From IMG/VR virus record IMGVR_UViG_3300028837_001398, positions 1 through 64,000 of that record: DNA of 64,000 bases; one strand, 5' to 3'. The position numbers and the translations under genes are program-made. The notes under the pieces were generated by a model. That model searched no databases. It was given only the letters and a program-made list of their open reading frames with translations, and was not told where the DNA came from. This document shows, piece by piece, positions 26,226-35,414 of this stretch; the stretch's first letter is position 1, and each line of letters opens with the position of its first letter. This DNA comes from a virus.

Positions 26226-26697
26226 GCCTCATCGCCTTGCGCTTTGCCCGCGCCGCTCTCTGCTGACCTCTGCCGAGGACCTCCCGCCTGTGCGTCCTGA
26301 AGTATTCCAACGTCCGCTCTGCGCTCTGCATCGCCTCATCCTTGCTCGCAAGCCCCATCCGTTTGGCCTGCTCCCGCGGCCTTTGAGGCCCATCCAGTCC
26401 GAGCGCCTTCGCATAGGCCCCGAAGTCTCCGACCTTGTTGCCGCCGACCATCACGGCCGCAAATTGCCAGCCCACGAAGGCCGCCCTCCTCAGCTTGTCC
26501 CGTTCCTCGTCATCCCGCGCCTCTGCCAACGCATCAAGCACCTCGTACCACCGGGCCAGCCGGAGCCGCCGCGGGTCCGTCAGGACGTCGTCGGACCACC
26601 CGTACCGGTGTTGGACGAGATCGAGGACCCGTCGGAAGGAGAGGTATGCCCCGCTCTTTTCTGGTTCGAGTTGTCTGCGACCCCATCGGCTAAAAAA
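26200..26697 (-). CDS. tail assembly chaperone C-terminal extension (gpT-like, via -1 frameshift)
   Basis: T TTT TTA slippery site at 26691-26697; the -1 frame is open through ...HRYGWSDDVL...EVLDALAEAR to 26200. Confidence 0.8.
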   Translation of the reverse strand, partial: FFSRWGRRQLEPEKSGAYLSFRRVLDLVQHRYGWSDDVLTDPRRLRLARWYEVLDALAEARDDEERDKLRRAAFVGWQFAAVMVGGNKVGDFGAYAKALGLDGPQRPREQAKRMGLASKDEAMQSAERTLEYFRTHRREVLGRGQQRAARAKRKAMRRERRERGR

Positions 26698-27092
26698 GCC
26701 GTGAAGTCGATACTCGACGCCAGAGCCGCGATTGCCGCTGGCATCGCCGTGAGAGGAAACCGCTTCGGGTCCCGAAGGTCGGTTTCGTTAACGCCGAGGA
26801 GTTGCGAGAGGAGCGCGAAGACCTCTGCCTCGCAATAGCCGAGCGCGACCAGCAGGAACTTGCCGATCCCCTCCCCGTTCAACTGTACATTTCCAGCCGC
26901 GTCCTCGGCCAGACTTCCGTCATCCGCGGTGACGAGAAGGTCGGACACCTTGAGCTTGCCGCGCTCCGTCGCAATCATCAACATGCGCGCCAGAGGCGCC
27001 TGCGCGAGTAGTCCGAGGGGCTGAACCTCATAGTCCTGCCCCGCGATCATCACCCGCTTCGGCTCTTCCAACAACGCTGTCGCTTCCGTCAT
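26580..27092 (-). CDS. tail assembly chaperone (gpG-like)
   Basis: Between the tail tube and TMP genes; carries the slippery site. Confidence 0.8.
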   Translation of the reverse strand: MTEATALLEEPKRVMIAGQDYEVQPLGLLAQAPLARMLMIATERGKLKVSDLLVTADDGSLAEDAAGNVQLNGEGIGKFLLVALGYCEAEVFALLSQLLGVNETDLRDPKRFPLTAMPAAIAALASSIDFTAFLADGVADNSNQKRAGHTSPSDGSSISSNTGTGGPTTS

Positions 27093-27183
27093 GTCACACT
27101 CTCCCGAGATATGGTTTGCGCGGCCCGGGGCGGGTCCAGCATCAGCTCGGGTCTGCGAGGACCCGCCCCGGTGCCGCTATTGC

Positions 27184-27777
27184 TCACGACCCAGAAAGAT
27201 CGCTCGGCAGCCACAATTCCCACGGCTCGTCGTATGGCGAAGCCAGGGATGCGTGGCCGGTCCACTTGGCGGCGATGACCGCCTCATCGTTCGGCCCCAA
27301 CGGAATCGCCAGCGGCGACTCTGGCAGCGCGTTCGAGATGATCGCGACGAAGGGCAGATCGTTGCCGTGGATCGTCCCGACCAAGGCGAGGTTGTCGAGG
27401 TAGTCGCCAGCCTCCACCGGTCCCCCCGTGATGACGGTGTAGTCTGGATCGCTGTCATCCGAATCCGCTCCCGCGATCAGGCGTGCCATGTTGTTCGGGA
27501 ACAGTTCCAGCGCGTTCGTCTCGATGGTCGCGACGACACGGCTGCGCCGCCGCAGTCCCTTGGTGGGGCCGATGGCCCCGTCCACGGTGATCTCCCGGAT
27601 CTCCCGCTCCACCGTGAACGTGCTTCCGCCCCGCGTCGCCCCGATGCAGATTCCGGGGTTGTCTGCATCGATGAAGTTGGCATAGATGGCCCCGGCGTCG
27701 ATGAGAATGCGACTGGGGGTGTCGCCCGAGAGGCCGTTGAGCCCCAGGTCGCCCGGCATCGTCGGCAGGCTTGCCAT
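27184..27777 (-). CDS. major tail tube protein
   Basis: ILIDAGAIY...IGATRGGSTF.VE.E.R.I.VDG. Confidence 0.85.
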   Translation of the reverse strand: MASLPTMPGDLGLNGLSGDTPSRILIDAGAIYANFIDADNPGICIGATRGGSTFTVEREIREITVDGAIGPTKGLRRRSRVVATIETNALELFPNNMARLIAGADSDDSDPDYTVITGGPVEAGDYLDNLALVGTIHGNDLPFVAIISNALPESPLAIPLGPNDEAVIAAKWTGHASLASPYDEPWELWLPSDLSGS

Positions 27778-27842
27778 GTTCGTCTCCTCCGCGGCTCTCT
27801 CGCCGCTATTGATCTCGGGCAGTGCCCGGAACGTCCTGGCCC

Positions 27843-27915
27843 CAAAAGCAAAGGCCCTGACTCCCCCTACCGGTAGGAATCAGGGCCTCTGTCCCTTCGG
27901 ACAACCGCCCGTCGG
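27843..27915 (-). promoter_or_regulatory. attenuator-like leader/terminator before the tail tube gene
   Basis: GGCGG...AGGCCCTGATTCC...GAGTCAGGGCCT-TTGCTTTTGG. Confidence 0.65.
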
Positions 27916-27934
27916 CGGCTGCTTTCAGGGCATC

Positions 27935-28555
27935 CTATGCGATTGTCAATGCGGTCCTATCAGCGTCCGCGGTTTTGTCCCTGTCCGCGTCCGCCGCCGC
28001 CTCCTCGGCCGGGGCCGCCAGCAGGACAGGGTGATGTGTTTCGTCCGCCCCCCTGCCCGCCCGGCACCCCGCGGCCGCCGCCGCGTCCGTCCTGCGGCCT
28101 TGCGCGCAGTCGATAGCCTCTTCAATGGAGCGTCCAAGGTGAAGGGCCGCCAACGCATAGTCCATACCTGCTCCTATTGCGAAAAAGTCCAGCACTTCTC
28201 GCACGTAGTAGTTGTGGCTGTAGAATGCTTTCTCGCCGAAGACTATAAGGAAGCTGTTTTGCCCCCCCGTGATCTTCGGTTTGTCATACTCGTTCTGCTG
28301 GTGCAACCATCCAGCGCATTCATGGAGCCAGCTAAGGACCGCCTCTTCATCTGTCGCTCTCGGTATGTGAGTTGCGGCATAGGTGCGAAGCAGAAAGCCA
28401 CCTTGACTTTCCCCCACGTTGCCGATGATGAAGCCAGGGCGCACCTCGGCCAGCTTCGCGAACTGGTCCTTCTCCTGTGTTGTCCCGCGGACACGAATGC
28501 TGTCTGCCCCGATCACGATCTCCGTGTCTGTTACCTTGATAGCGACGACGCTCAT
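27935..28555 (-). CDS. Ntn-hydrolase (proteasome-beta/HslV-like) protein
   Basis: M-SVVAIK...IGADS...K...G.VG...FAIGAGMDYALAAL. Confidence 0.75.
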   Translation of the reverse strand: MSVVAIKVTDTEIVIGADSIRVRGTTQEKDQFAKLAEVRPGFIIGNVGESQGGFLLRTYAATHIPRATDEEAVLSWLHECAGWLHQQNEYDKPKITGGQNSFLIVFGEKAFYSHNYYVREVLDFFAIGAGMDYALAALHLGRSIEEAIDCAQGRRTDAAAAAGCRAGRGADETHHPVLLAAPAEEAAADADRDKTADADRTALTIA

Positions 28556-28564
28556 CTTGTTTCC

Positions 28565-29023
28565 CTATGCTCGCGTCTGCATGTCCGCCACTTCCGCGGT
28601 CGGGTACAGACGCATCGTCCAACTTGTAGATCTCCGCCACACCTCCGACTCGGGCTGGCTGAGGTTGAAGTCGCCTGCGAACATCAGCCTCCCCCTGAAC
28701 TCGTCGCATTCGATCACGCGCCTGTTGAGCAAGGCCTGCACCCGCTTCCTCATCTCGAACAGCCGACTGCTGGATGGATCGCAGTCCCAGAGGTCAAGCC
28801 GCAATTCGGCGGTCTGGTAGCCGTCCTCCGTCCCGAGCGGGCGCACCGTCGCGTCCACCGTCATGTAGGGAAACTCGCAGTTCTTTGGGGCCCAGACGTG
28901 GTGATAGCGGAGTTCGCCTTCGTCCTCACCCTCATCAGCGAGAATGGTGAGTAGTTCGCTGTCCTCTGCGAGGATCGCCCGTACCTCCTCTATCATCGCC
29001 ACTACTGTGTCCCTATCGCTCAT
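28565..29023 (-). CDS. tail terminator protein
   Basis: APKNCEFPYMTV...LRLDLW; position. Confidence 0.75.
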   Translation of the reverse strand: MSDRDTVVAMIEEVRAILAEDSELLTILADEGEDEGELRYHHVWAPKNCEFPYMTVDATVRPLGTEDGYQTAELRLDLWDCDPSSSRLFEMRKRVQALLNRRVIECDEFRGRLMFAGDFNLSQPESEVWRRSTSWTMRLYPTAEVADMQTRA

Positions 29024-29520
29024 AGCATCCGTCTCCCGAGAACCCCGTGTACCTCGTCGCGCGTGTGCTCCAGTGCCGGCCGCAGCGAAGGCCGCGGTGC
29101 CATCCCCGCGCTCGATCCGTGCGAGTACCCGGGCGGTAGGTCACTCTGTCCAGCGGCCGCACCGCGCCTGCCAGTCCCGAACTCAAGCCACGGCGCTTTC
29201 TCCATGTCGGAACCGACCAGGGCCTCCCACTCACCCGTCAACGGGCTTCGCCGAGAAATCGCCTTCACCGAACGCCGCAAGTCCCCCAGCGCCACCGCTG
29301 GCGGCTCGCCTGGTGCCGACGCGATGTAGCTCCCCTTCCCGCCCGGGATATTGTACACACGCCCGCTCCTCTGACCGCTCAGGGTATGGAGCCAGTCCCG
29401 CTTCACGATGTTGGCGGCGGCGTAGGTGCGCTTCCGCGCCTCCCCGTTGAGCCGCTTCGCCACCTCGTCGAGGAAACTTGTGAGCTTGATATTGCCGCCC
29501 GGCCCGAATGCCCTGATCAT
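29020..29520 (-). CDS. HK97 gp10-like tail completion protein
   Basis: SAPGEPPA..LGDLRRS; A.WLEFGT; MAPRPSLRPALE. Confidence 0.85.
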   Translation of the reverse strand: MIRAFGPGGNIKLTSFLDEVAKRLNGEARKRTYAAANIVKRDWLHTLSGQRSGRVYNIPGGKGSYIASAPGEPPAVALGDLRRSVKAISRRSPLTGEWEALVGSDMEKAPWLEFGTGRRGAAAGQSDLPPGYSHGSSAGMAPRPSLRPALEHTRDEVHGVLGRRML

Positions 29521-29525
29521 CGCCA

Positions 29526-29858
29526 CTACCGCTGTACCTCCTGCGCAATCAACACCGTGCATTCATTGTGTCGGTGGTTGTACTCGGGCGGCTCAATTGC
29601 CCGGTAGTAGCGGCCGTCGAGCACGAACCGCGTGTTCGCAATGTCGATCTTAAGCTCGCCCCGCAACATCAGCCGTTCCGTTCTCTCCTCGTGCCCGCGC
29701 TGCGCGAGCACCATTGCATAGTGCGTCGAGACCGCTGCCCGCCGGCACCAGCGCGTCGCTGATGTCTCCCACTCCGTGGCAACTTGTCCGAATGTCCCGT
29801 CAGTGGACGTGCGGGTCTGTATCTCCACGCGACTTCGGTACGCACCAGCCTCCAGCAT
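29526..29858 (-). CDS. head closure (stopper) protein
   Basis: AGAYRSRVEIQ...G....W....RW. Confidence 0.8.
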   Translation of the reverse strand: MLEAGAYRSRVEIQTRTSTDGTFGQVATEWETSATRWCRRAAVSTHYAMVLAQRGHEERTERLMLRGELKIDIANTRFVLDGRYYRAIEPPEYNHRHNECTVLIAQEVQR

Positions 29859-29916
29859 ATCGCCTTATCCCATGCTGCCTATTCGGGTGCGATCACTAGC
29901 CCGCTCATGCATCATC

Positions 29917-30585
29917 TTAAGTCCCAGGCATCTTCCGGTGCGGCGCCCACAACTCTTCCGCCAACGACGGCGCGCCATAGTTGGTGGCACCCCGCCCGCT
30001 GACAGCCTCCGTCGCGATTCCGTCCTGCCGCTGGTCGTACATCCAGGCTATCGTCCGCAGGACACCCGTCCGCACCGCCTCCGGAATGTCCGTCTGCGTC
30101 CGCCGCGCCCGACACGACAGTGTGCTCACAACCTGGCTCAACGTCACCGGTTCCTTGCGCCCGGTCCGCCAGGTCAAGGAGATCTCGATCCCGTCCTGTG
30201 CCGCCAACACGTTCAGAGCGCCGTACATCTGGTCGTTTATGATCTCCGCCAGGTTCTCCGCGGTCTCCATGTCGGTCCCTCCGATGGCGAAGTCCTGTAG
30301 CACCACGTCCTGGGTGCGTGAGGCTGGTTCCTCCGCGGCCACCCGGAACGTCATGCCGTCCACGCCAACCGAGTCGCCGACCGCTGCCGAAATGACGAAG
30401 ATAACGGCGCGCAACACCTCGAATGGATTGTTCAGAAAGCCGTCGGCATGCTGCTTCGCCGCGTCGATCAGCGTCGTGATGAGATCATCATCGGCCTCGT
30501 GCTCGACGCGCAGGTAGAGTTTCACCGATGCCAGTTCGGTCAACTCTCCAACGCTCAGATCCAGTCTGTCAACGCACGCGCCCAT
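29917..30585 (-). CDS. head-tail connector (gp6-like) with inserted domain
   Basis: VKLYLRVEHEADDDLITTLIDAA...IPEAVRTGVLRTIAWMYDQR. Confidence 0.85.
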   Translation of the reverse strand: MGACVDRLDLSVGELTELASVKLYLRVEHEADDDLITTLIDAAKQHADGFLNNPFEVLRAVIFVISAAVGDSVGVDGMTFRVAAEEPASRTQDVVLQDFAIGGTDMETAENLAEIINDQMYGALNVLAAQDGIEISLTWRTGRKEPVTLSQVVSTLSCRARRTQTDIPEAVRTGVLRTIAWMYDQRQDGIATEAVSGRGATNYGAPSLAEELWAPHRKMPGT

Positions 30586-31952
30586 CAGTTCTCCTTGTCA
30601 GCGGCGGCCTGCCGATGATGAGCGATAGCCTCTTCGCGGGTCGGAAAGGACGGTCCGTTGTCGATGCTGTATCCCACCGTCACGCTCTCTTTGATCTCGG
30701 TAGGCCCAGGACGTTCCTGTGTCTCCTCTGGCTCGATCACGTCAGGGGCCTCATCGTCCTCCACTACCTCGACCAGCCGTCGGCGCACCAGTTCGTGGGC
30801 GCTCGATGCTGAAAGTTCCAGCACATCGCCCCGCTTCGCCCTGCCCGCCAGCCTCCGCAATGCCCGCACTTTCACTGTGCCATCCTCCTCCATGTTAGTT
30901 ACTGGCGCGTCGCTGGCTCGGGCTCCACTCATCGCCCTTTCCCGCCACTCGTCAGTTATTCTGATGAGTTCACCCTCGAGACGGTCCAACTGCGGTGTCG
31001 GCCCAAGTTCCGCTGATCGTTTCAGCGCGGCCGCCGACGCTTCGGCATACGCACGCTCATCATCCAACATCGTGATGGCATCAACCCACTGCTCGGGCTT
31101 GTACCGATCACAGAAGGTTCCCGCCTCCCCGAGCGACTCCACCAGCCCCGGCGTCGGATGGGCGATTGTAGGGATGCCGCTTGCTGCCGCTTCTATGCCG
31201 ATCCTCCCGTAGCTCTCGGTCCACCAGCGCATTCCGGGTGTGCCCAGGTCCTGGCTTGGCATAAGGACGATGCGCGCCCTCTGGTAAAACTCCCGCGGGT
31301 CAAGGCAGTGCTCCATGATCTCGGCGTTCGGGGGAACACGCTTCGGCACAGCCTGCGCGCCCCAGCCGCCCTTCACGGCGAGGAACTTGTGGTCCGGCAT
31401 TCTCCTCGCCAGCTCCCAGAACAGAGCGCCCCCCTTCTCGGCGCAGAAGTTGACCAGGACCATGCGGTCGCCCGTCTTCTCGACCCGATAGTCATCCGGG
31501 TAGATCAGGGGATACAGGACCATCGCGTTGTCGTCGCGCCCATTCTTTCGGGCCTCATCCATGACCCACTCGGCGTTGTAGATCGCGAGCTGGACCTGCC
31601 TCGGCTTGCACTTGTACAGGGCTAGCTGCCCCTCGTCGTGCACCAGGTGGGCCAGGGGTTTCCTGTAGGCCTTGCACAACGCGAGCGCCTCCGTCGTGGC
31701 TTCCCCCTGGGTGATGATGATATCCGCCTCCAAGTACCGCCTTCGCTTGGCCACTGGTAAGGGCGCGGAATAGACATCCTCGATCCCGAACTGGCAACCA
31801 CCGTGCGAGCGCGTGGGCTCCAAAGAGCCGCGCTGGAGCATCAGCCCAACGCTGTGCCCGCGCCGGCGCAAGGCATCTAGCGTCAGACACATCGTCACCA
31901 CGCCGCCGCCCCAGCCCCAGCCCAGGTGATACATATGCCCGAGAATCCTCAC
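30585..31952 (-). CDS. GT-B (GT4-like) glycosyltransferase with C-terminal small domain
   Basis: GGG..T; EKGG..F..LA; LMPS...ESYGRIGIEAAASGIP.IA...GL.E. Confidence 0.9.
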   Translation of the reverse strand: MRILGHMYHLGWGWGGGVVTMCLTLDALRRRGHSVGLMLQRGSLEPTRSHGGCQFGIEDVYSAPLPVAKRRRYLEADIIITQGEATTEALALCKAYRKPLAHLVHDEGQLALYKCKPRQVQLAIYNAEWVMDEARKNGRDDNAMVLYPLIYPDDYRVEKTGDRMVLVNFCAEKGGALFWELARRMPDHKFLAVKGGWGAQAVPKRVPPNAEIMEHCLDPREFYQRARIVLMPSQDLGTPGMRWWTESYGRIGIEAAASGIPTIAHPTPGLVESLGEAGTFCDRYKPEQWVDAITMLDDERAYAEASAAALKRSAELGPTPQLDRLEGELIRITDEWRERAMSGARASDAPVTNMEEDGTVKVRALRRLAGRAKRGDVLELSASSAHELVRRRLVEVVEDDEAPDVIEPEETQERPGPTEIKESVTVGYSIDNGPSFPTREEAIAHHRQAAADKEN

Positions 31953-32530
31953 CCTGACTGCCTCCTCAGAATCGCCATCCCGTATCGAATCTCATAGGTG
32001 TACCGTTTCGTCGCCAACAGCTTCTCCCGAATTGCCCGCGCCACGCCCCACTCCTCCGTCGCCGCGTCGTGGAAAGCCATGACGCCGTCAGGGGCAATCC
32101 GCGGGCTCCACACGTGGATGTCGCGGCATACCCCCTCGTAGCTGTGGTCCGAATCCACGAAGAGCAGCCCCACCTCGCCGTCCAGTTCACGCGCCGCCTG
32201 CTCTGTGTCGACCTGCAACGGGAGAACTTGGCTGCTTAGGCCCAGGGACCCAATGTTGTCGACCCAGGCGATCTTCACCGCGGGGTCAGCATACTGGGGC
32301 CACGGTGCCTGCTCCCACAGGTCAACCGAGTAGACCAGGGCCATCCCGCCCACCCGCGCTCCAGCGCCCAGGTAGCAACTTGACTTGCCCTTGTAGGCGC
32401 CGATCTCGACGATGATCTGTTCATTGCTGACCGCGCCCGCCAGTTCGGCGAGGATTAGACCCTCTTCGGCCAATATCTCCCCGTGGACCTCGGCAAGTCG
32501 TTGCTCCATCTCGGGGGTGAGTCGGCTCAC
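31949..32530 (-). CDS. class I SAM methyltransferase (Methyltransf_24-like)
   Basis: VEIGAYKGKS; LLFVDSDHSYEGV; G.MAFHD. Confidence 0.88.
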   Translation of the reverse strand: MSRLTPEMEQRLAEVHGEILAEEGLILAELAGAVSNEQIIVEIGAYKGKSSCYLGAGARVGGMALVYSVDLWEQAPWPQYADPAVKIAWVDNIGSLGLSSQVLPLQVDTEQAARELDGEVGLLFVDSDHSYEGVCRDIHVWSPRIAPDGVMAFHDAATEEWGVARAIREKLLATKRYTYEIRYGMAILRRQSG

Positions 32531-33132
32531 TTCCGTCTCCTGAACCACGCCGAGAACGGCGGGACGAACTCGATCTCGTCCCAGTCGCCACTCGCCATGA
32601 TCTCCTCCCCGATAACCCGGTCCACGCCGGGCCACGCCGGACTCCTCGCATCGTGCATGAGCAGGATGCCGCCCCGCACGACATGCGGGAGCCACGCCTT
32701 CGTATCCGCCAACACGTCCTCGTACTCGTGTCCAGCGTCGATTGCGAGCAACCCGATAGACTGTTCCCAGTCCTTCGCCGCTGCCAGGCTCTCGGAACGT
32801 ATCAGGGTGACCAAGTGGCCCACACCGAACCGCTCGGCAAAGCCGCGTGCCACCTTCTCGTTCCGCGGGTCATCGTAGGTCGGCCCCTGACCGCTCGGCC
32901 GAAGGCCGAACAGGTCGATGCCGTAGACATCGACGCCATGCCCGAAATTGGAGCCGGACGCAAGGCTGCAGATGCCCTGCCCTCGCAACACCCCGATTTC
33001 GACGATGACGTTCGGGGGTTCGACCTCCATCGCGTACCGGAGTTTCGATTCGCATTCCGCCCGCGGCCCGCCTCCGATGATCTCCAGAAAATCGAGTGCG
33101 TCCTGCACCTCGTCAGTTTCTATCGCTGTCAT
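32527..33132 (-). CDS. class I SAM methyltransferase (Methyltransf_24-like)
   Basis: VEIGVLRG; LLAIDAGHEYEDV; GGILLMHD...WPGV. Confidence 0.88.
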   Translation of the reverse strand: MTAIETDEVQDALDFLEIIGGGPRAECESKLRYAMEVEPPNVIVEIGVLRGQGICSLASGSNFGHGVDVYGIDLFGLRPSGQGPTYDDPRNEKVARGFAERFGVGHLVTLIRSESLAAAKDWEQSIGLLAIDAGHEYEDVLADTKAWLPHVVRGGILLMHDARSPAWPGVDRVIGEEIMASGDWDEIEFVPPFSAWFRRRK

Positions 33133-33860
33133 TGCCGCCTCACAAAATAGGAGTAGCCATCCCATCCGATGGCCGTCGCGTCTGACAACGTCTCGACGAC
33201 GCGCCCGCCTGCCTTCTCCAGCAGGCCAACAACCTTGCTGCGCTCAATCCCATACATGTCCATGCGGGGGTAGTCGTCCTCATCGACTGCTGTTCCGACC
33301 GGACCCCACTGTTCGCTGTCCTTGCCACTGGCCTTCCGCGTGCTCGGGAGCTGGAAACACAGGAGCCCTCCCGGCGAGAGCACACGCAGGAACTCCACTA
33401 CATAGGGCTCAATCAGCCCTGGTGCCATGTGCTGAAGCGTATTGCGGCTCAGCACGAAGTCGAAGCGCCCGCTCGAACACACGGCAAGTCCGCTGGACAG
33501 GTTCACCACGTAGGCGACATGCGGTTCGACCGTGTGGCTCCTGGCTATCCCGATCATCGTCGGAGAGATGTCCACACCCACGACGCTCTCGAACCGCCGC
33601 GCCAGCGGCCGCGTCAGCCTCCCCACACCACAGCCAAAGTCGAGCGCCGTGCCGCGGGGAAATGCCATCCCCCGCTTCCCCAACTGCCGCATGAGCCGCG
33701 TTATCTCGCGTTCGCCGATAGTGTAGATCGCCTTCAGCGTCCACCGACGCCCCTTGTGGGCCGGGTCGGTCCATACCGCCCACAATGGGTCGCGGTCGGC
33801 GAGGCGTTCCCACTTTGCCTGCAGATCGCGCAGGTAGGTTGTCGAGTCGTCTGCGGTCAT
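33129..33860 (-). CDS. class I SAM methyltransferase
   Basis: ALDFGCGVGRL; GVDIS; FDFVLS..TLQH; RVLSPGG. Confidence 0.88.
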   Translation of the reverse strand: MTADDSTTYLRDLQAKWERLADRDPLWAVWTDPAHKGRRWTLKAIYTIGEREITRLMRQLGKRGMAFPRGTALDFGCGVGRLTRPLARRFESVVGVDISPTMIGIARSHTVEPHVAYVVNLSSGLAVCSSGRFDFVLSRNTLQHMAPGLIEPYVVEFLRVLSPGGLLCFQLPSTRKASGKDSEQWGPVGTAVDEDDYPRMDMYGIERSKVVGLLEKAGGRVVETLSDATAIGWDGYSYFVRRQ

Positions 33861-33946
33861 TCCCTATGGTTTCCCGGGAGCCGGCCGGTGAAAGGATGGA
33901 AAGCCCGGCCGGCTCCCATTCCCCCTCACAGGAGGCGGAGCAGTCG

Positions 33947-35248
33947 CTAGCTCCCAGAACCGGAGAAGGTTCCGAGCACGATCGCCTCCGGGCGGTAGAC
34001 AGTCAGCGCCAGCCGTTCCTCCGCCAGGATGGCGAGCAGGTTCTTGATGAAGAAGTCGCTGTGCTGGTCGGAGACCCGCACCATGGCTTCCTCGCGGTCC
34101 CAGATGGCAGCCGCGAGATTGAAACCACCACAGGCAAAGCTGAGTTCGTCGATGGCCTGCGAGACCACGACGGGCATACCCCAGAGTCGGCGCTGTCCGG
34201 TTTCCTGGACACGCGCCCAGATGTACCGCCCGTACTCGTCCTTGAGCAGTTCGATGTCCTCCCAGTCGTTCGGATGCAGAACCACGCCAGATGCCGGGTA
34301 GCCGGCAATCTCGGCAAGCGTCACCGCGCGCCGAATCACGTCGGCCTTCGTGTCATCCTCGTCCGCGTCGCCCTGCGCGATGGTCTGGATATCCTCATCG
34401 GTGAGCAGGCCCGTGAGATGCGCACCGGTCCCGTCCCCGTTCAGGAGTTCGTCATCCTCTGTCAGTGCCAAGCCGTACACCAGACGGGTGTCGATGTAGG
34501 CCTGGAGCTGAGCTGCATCGGCGAGGATCTGCCGAGTGACAGGCAGCCAGTGGGCGATAGTCCGCACCGATACCGACTTGATCTCGAATGTCAGCGCGGA
34601 CTGCGCCTTCTCCGCGTTCTCGGCCGCCGCTGCCGCCGCGTTGGTGAAGCCGCTCTCACGCACGAACTCCACCGCTCCGACGGAAACCGGGTTCACCGGG
34701 AACAAATCGCGAACCCGGGGCTGGAGCTCTGGCGCTACCACGATCCCCGGTACGCGCTGCGCCGGGTACAGGTAGCCGCCCACGTTGCCCAGGGAGGTGC
34801 CGGTCAACTCACCAGCCTTGCGGGCACGCGGGAAGAACGACTTGACCTCGACCGCCTCGGACACCTTGCCGGTGTTAACGTTGAAGCCCGTGTAAGCCTC
34901 GGACCCCACGAACTGCTCGCCGATGCTCTTCTCTTCCTCGCCCAGCGCCTGCGGGAGCCGCTTTGCCGCGGCCTCCGCCTCGTCCAGTCGCTTGCTGGTA
35001 GCGGCCATCTGCTCGACGACCTCGTCCAGCTTGGCGCCCTTCTCTTCCACTAGGCGCCGCTGCTCCTTGAGCTCCTCCTTCGCTTCGGTCAATGCCTCGA
35101 TGGAGGCACCCGAAGTCTTGAGTTCCTCGACGGCCCCCTCAAGCGTCTCGACGCGCTCCAGCGCGGCCGTCACCTCGCCGACGCTCTTGTCGAAGTGGCC
35201 CTTGAGCTCCTCAATGCTCTCACCGATGTTCTTCAGTTCGTCTCCCAT
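33947..35248 (-). CDS. HK97-fold major capsid protein with delta domain
   Basis: Coiled-coil N-terminus; GGYL; IAHWLPVT..IL.D; ED.ELLNGDGT; F.KNL.AILAEER. Confidence 0.95.
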   Translation of the reverse strand: MGDELKNIGESIEELKGHFDKSVGEVTAALERVETLEGAVEELKTSGASIEALTEAKEELKEQRRLVEEKGAKLDEVVEQMAATSKRLDEAEAAAKRLPQALGEEEKSIGEQFVGSEAYTGFNVNTGKVSEAVEVKSFFPRARKAGELTGTSLGNVGGYLYPAQRVPGIVVAPELQPRVRDLFPVNPVSVGAVEFVRESGFTNAAAAAAENAEKAQSALTFEIKSVSVRTIAHWLPVTRQILADAAQLQAYIDTRLVYGLALTEDDELLNGDGTGAHLTGLLTDEDIQTIAQGDADEDDTKADVIRRAVTLAEIAGYPASGVVLHPNDWEDIELLKDEYGRYIWARVQETGQRRLWGMPVVVSQAIDELSFACGGFNLAAAIWDREEAMVRVSDQHSDFFIKNLLAILAEERLALTVYRPEAIVLGTFSGSGS

Positions 35249-35300
35249 CGTTTTCTCTTTCTCCCGCTCACTGGCGGGGTAGTCTGTGGCCCGGCCCCGG

Positions 35301-35373
35301 CCAAAGAGAAAGCCGATTCCTGCCTGTGCACAGGAACCGGCTTGGTTCTCTCTCGGCTCCGCCGATGATCAGT
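35301..35373 (-). promoter_or_regulatory. attenuator-like leader/terminator before the major capsid gene
   Basis: CTGATCATCGGCGG...AAGCCGGTTCCTG...CAGGAATCGGCTT-TCTCTTTGG. Confidence 0.65.
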
Positions 35374-35414
35374 CGGGGGGCCGGGCCTGTTCTTTCGTTC
35401 TCATCCTATGCGGG

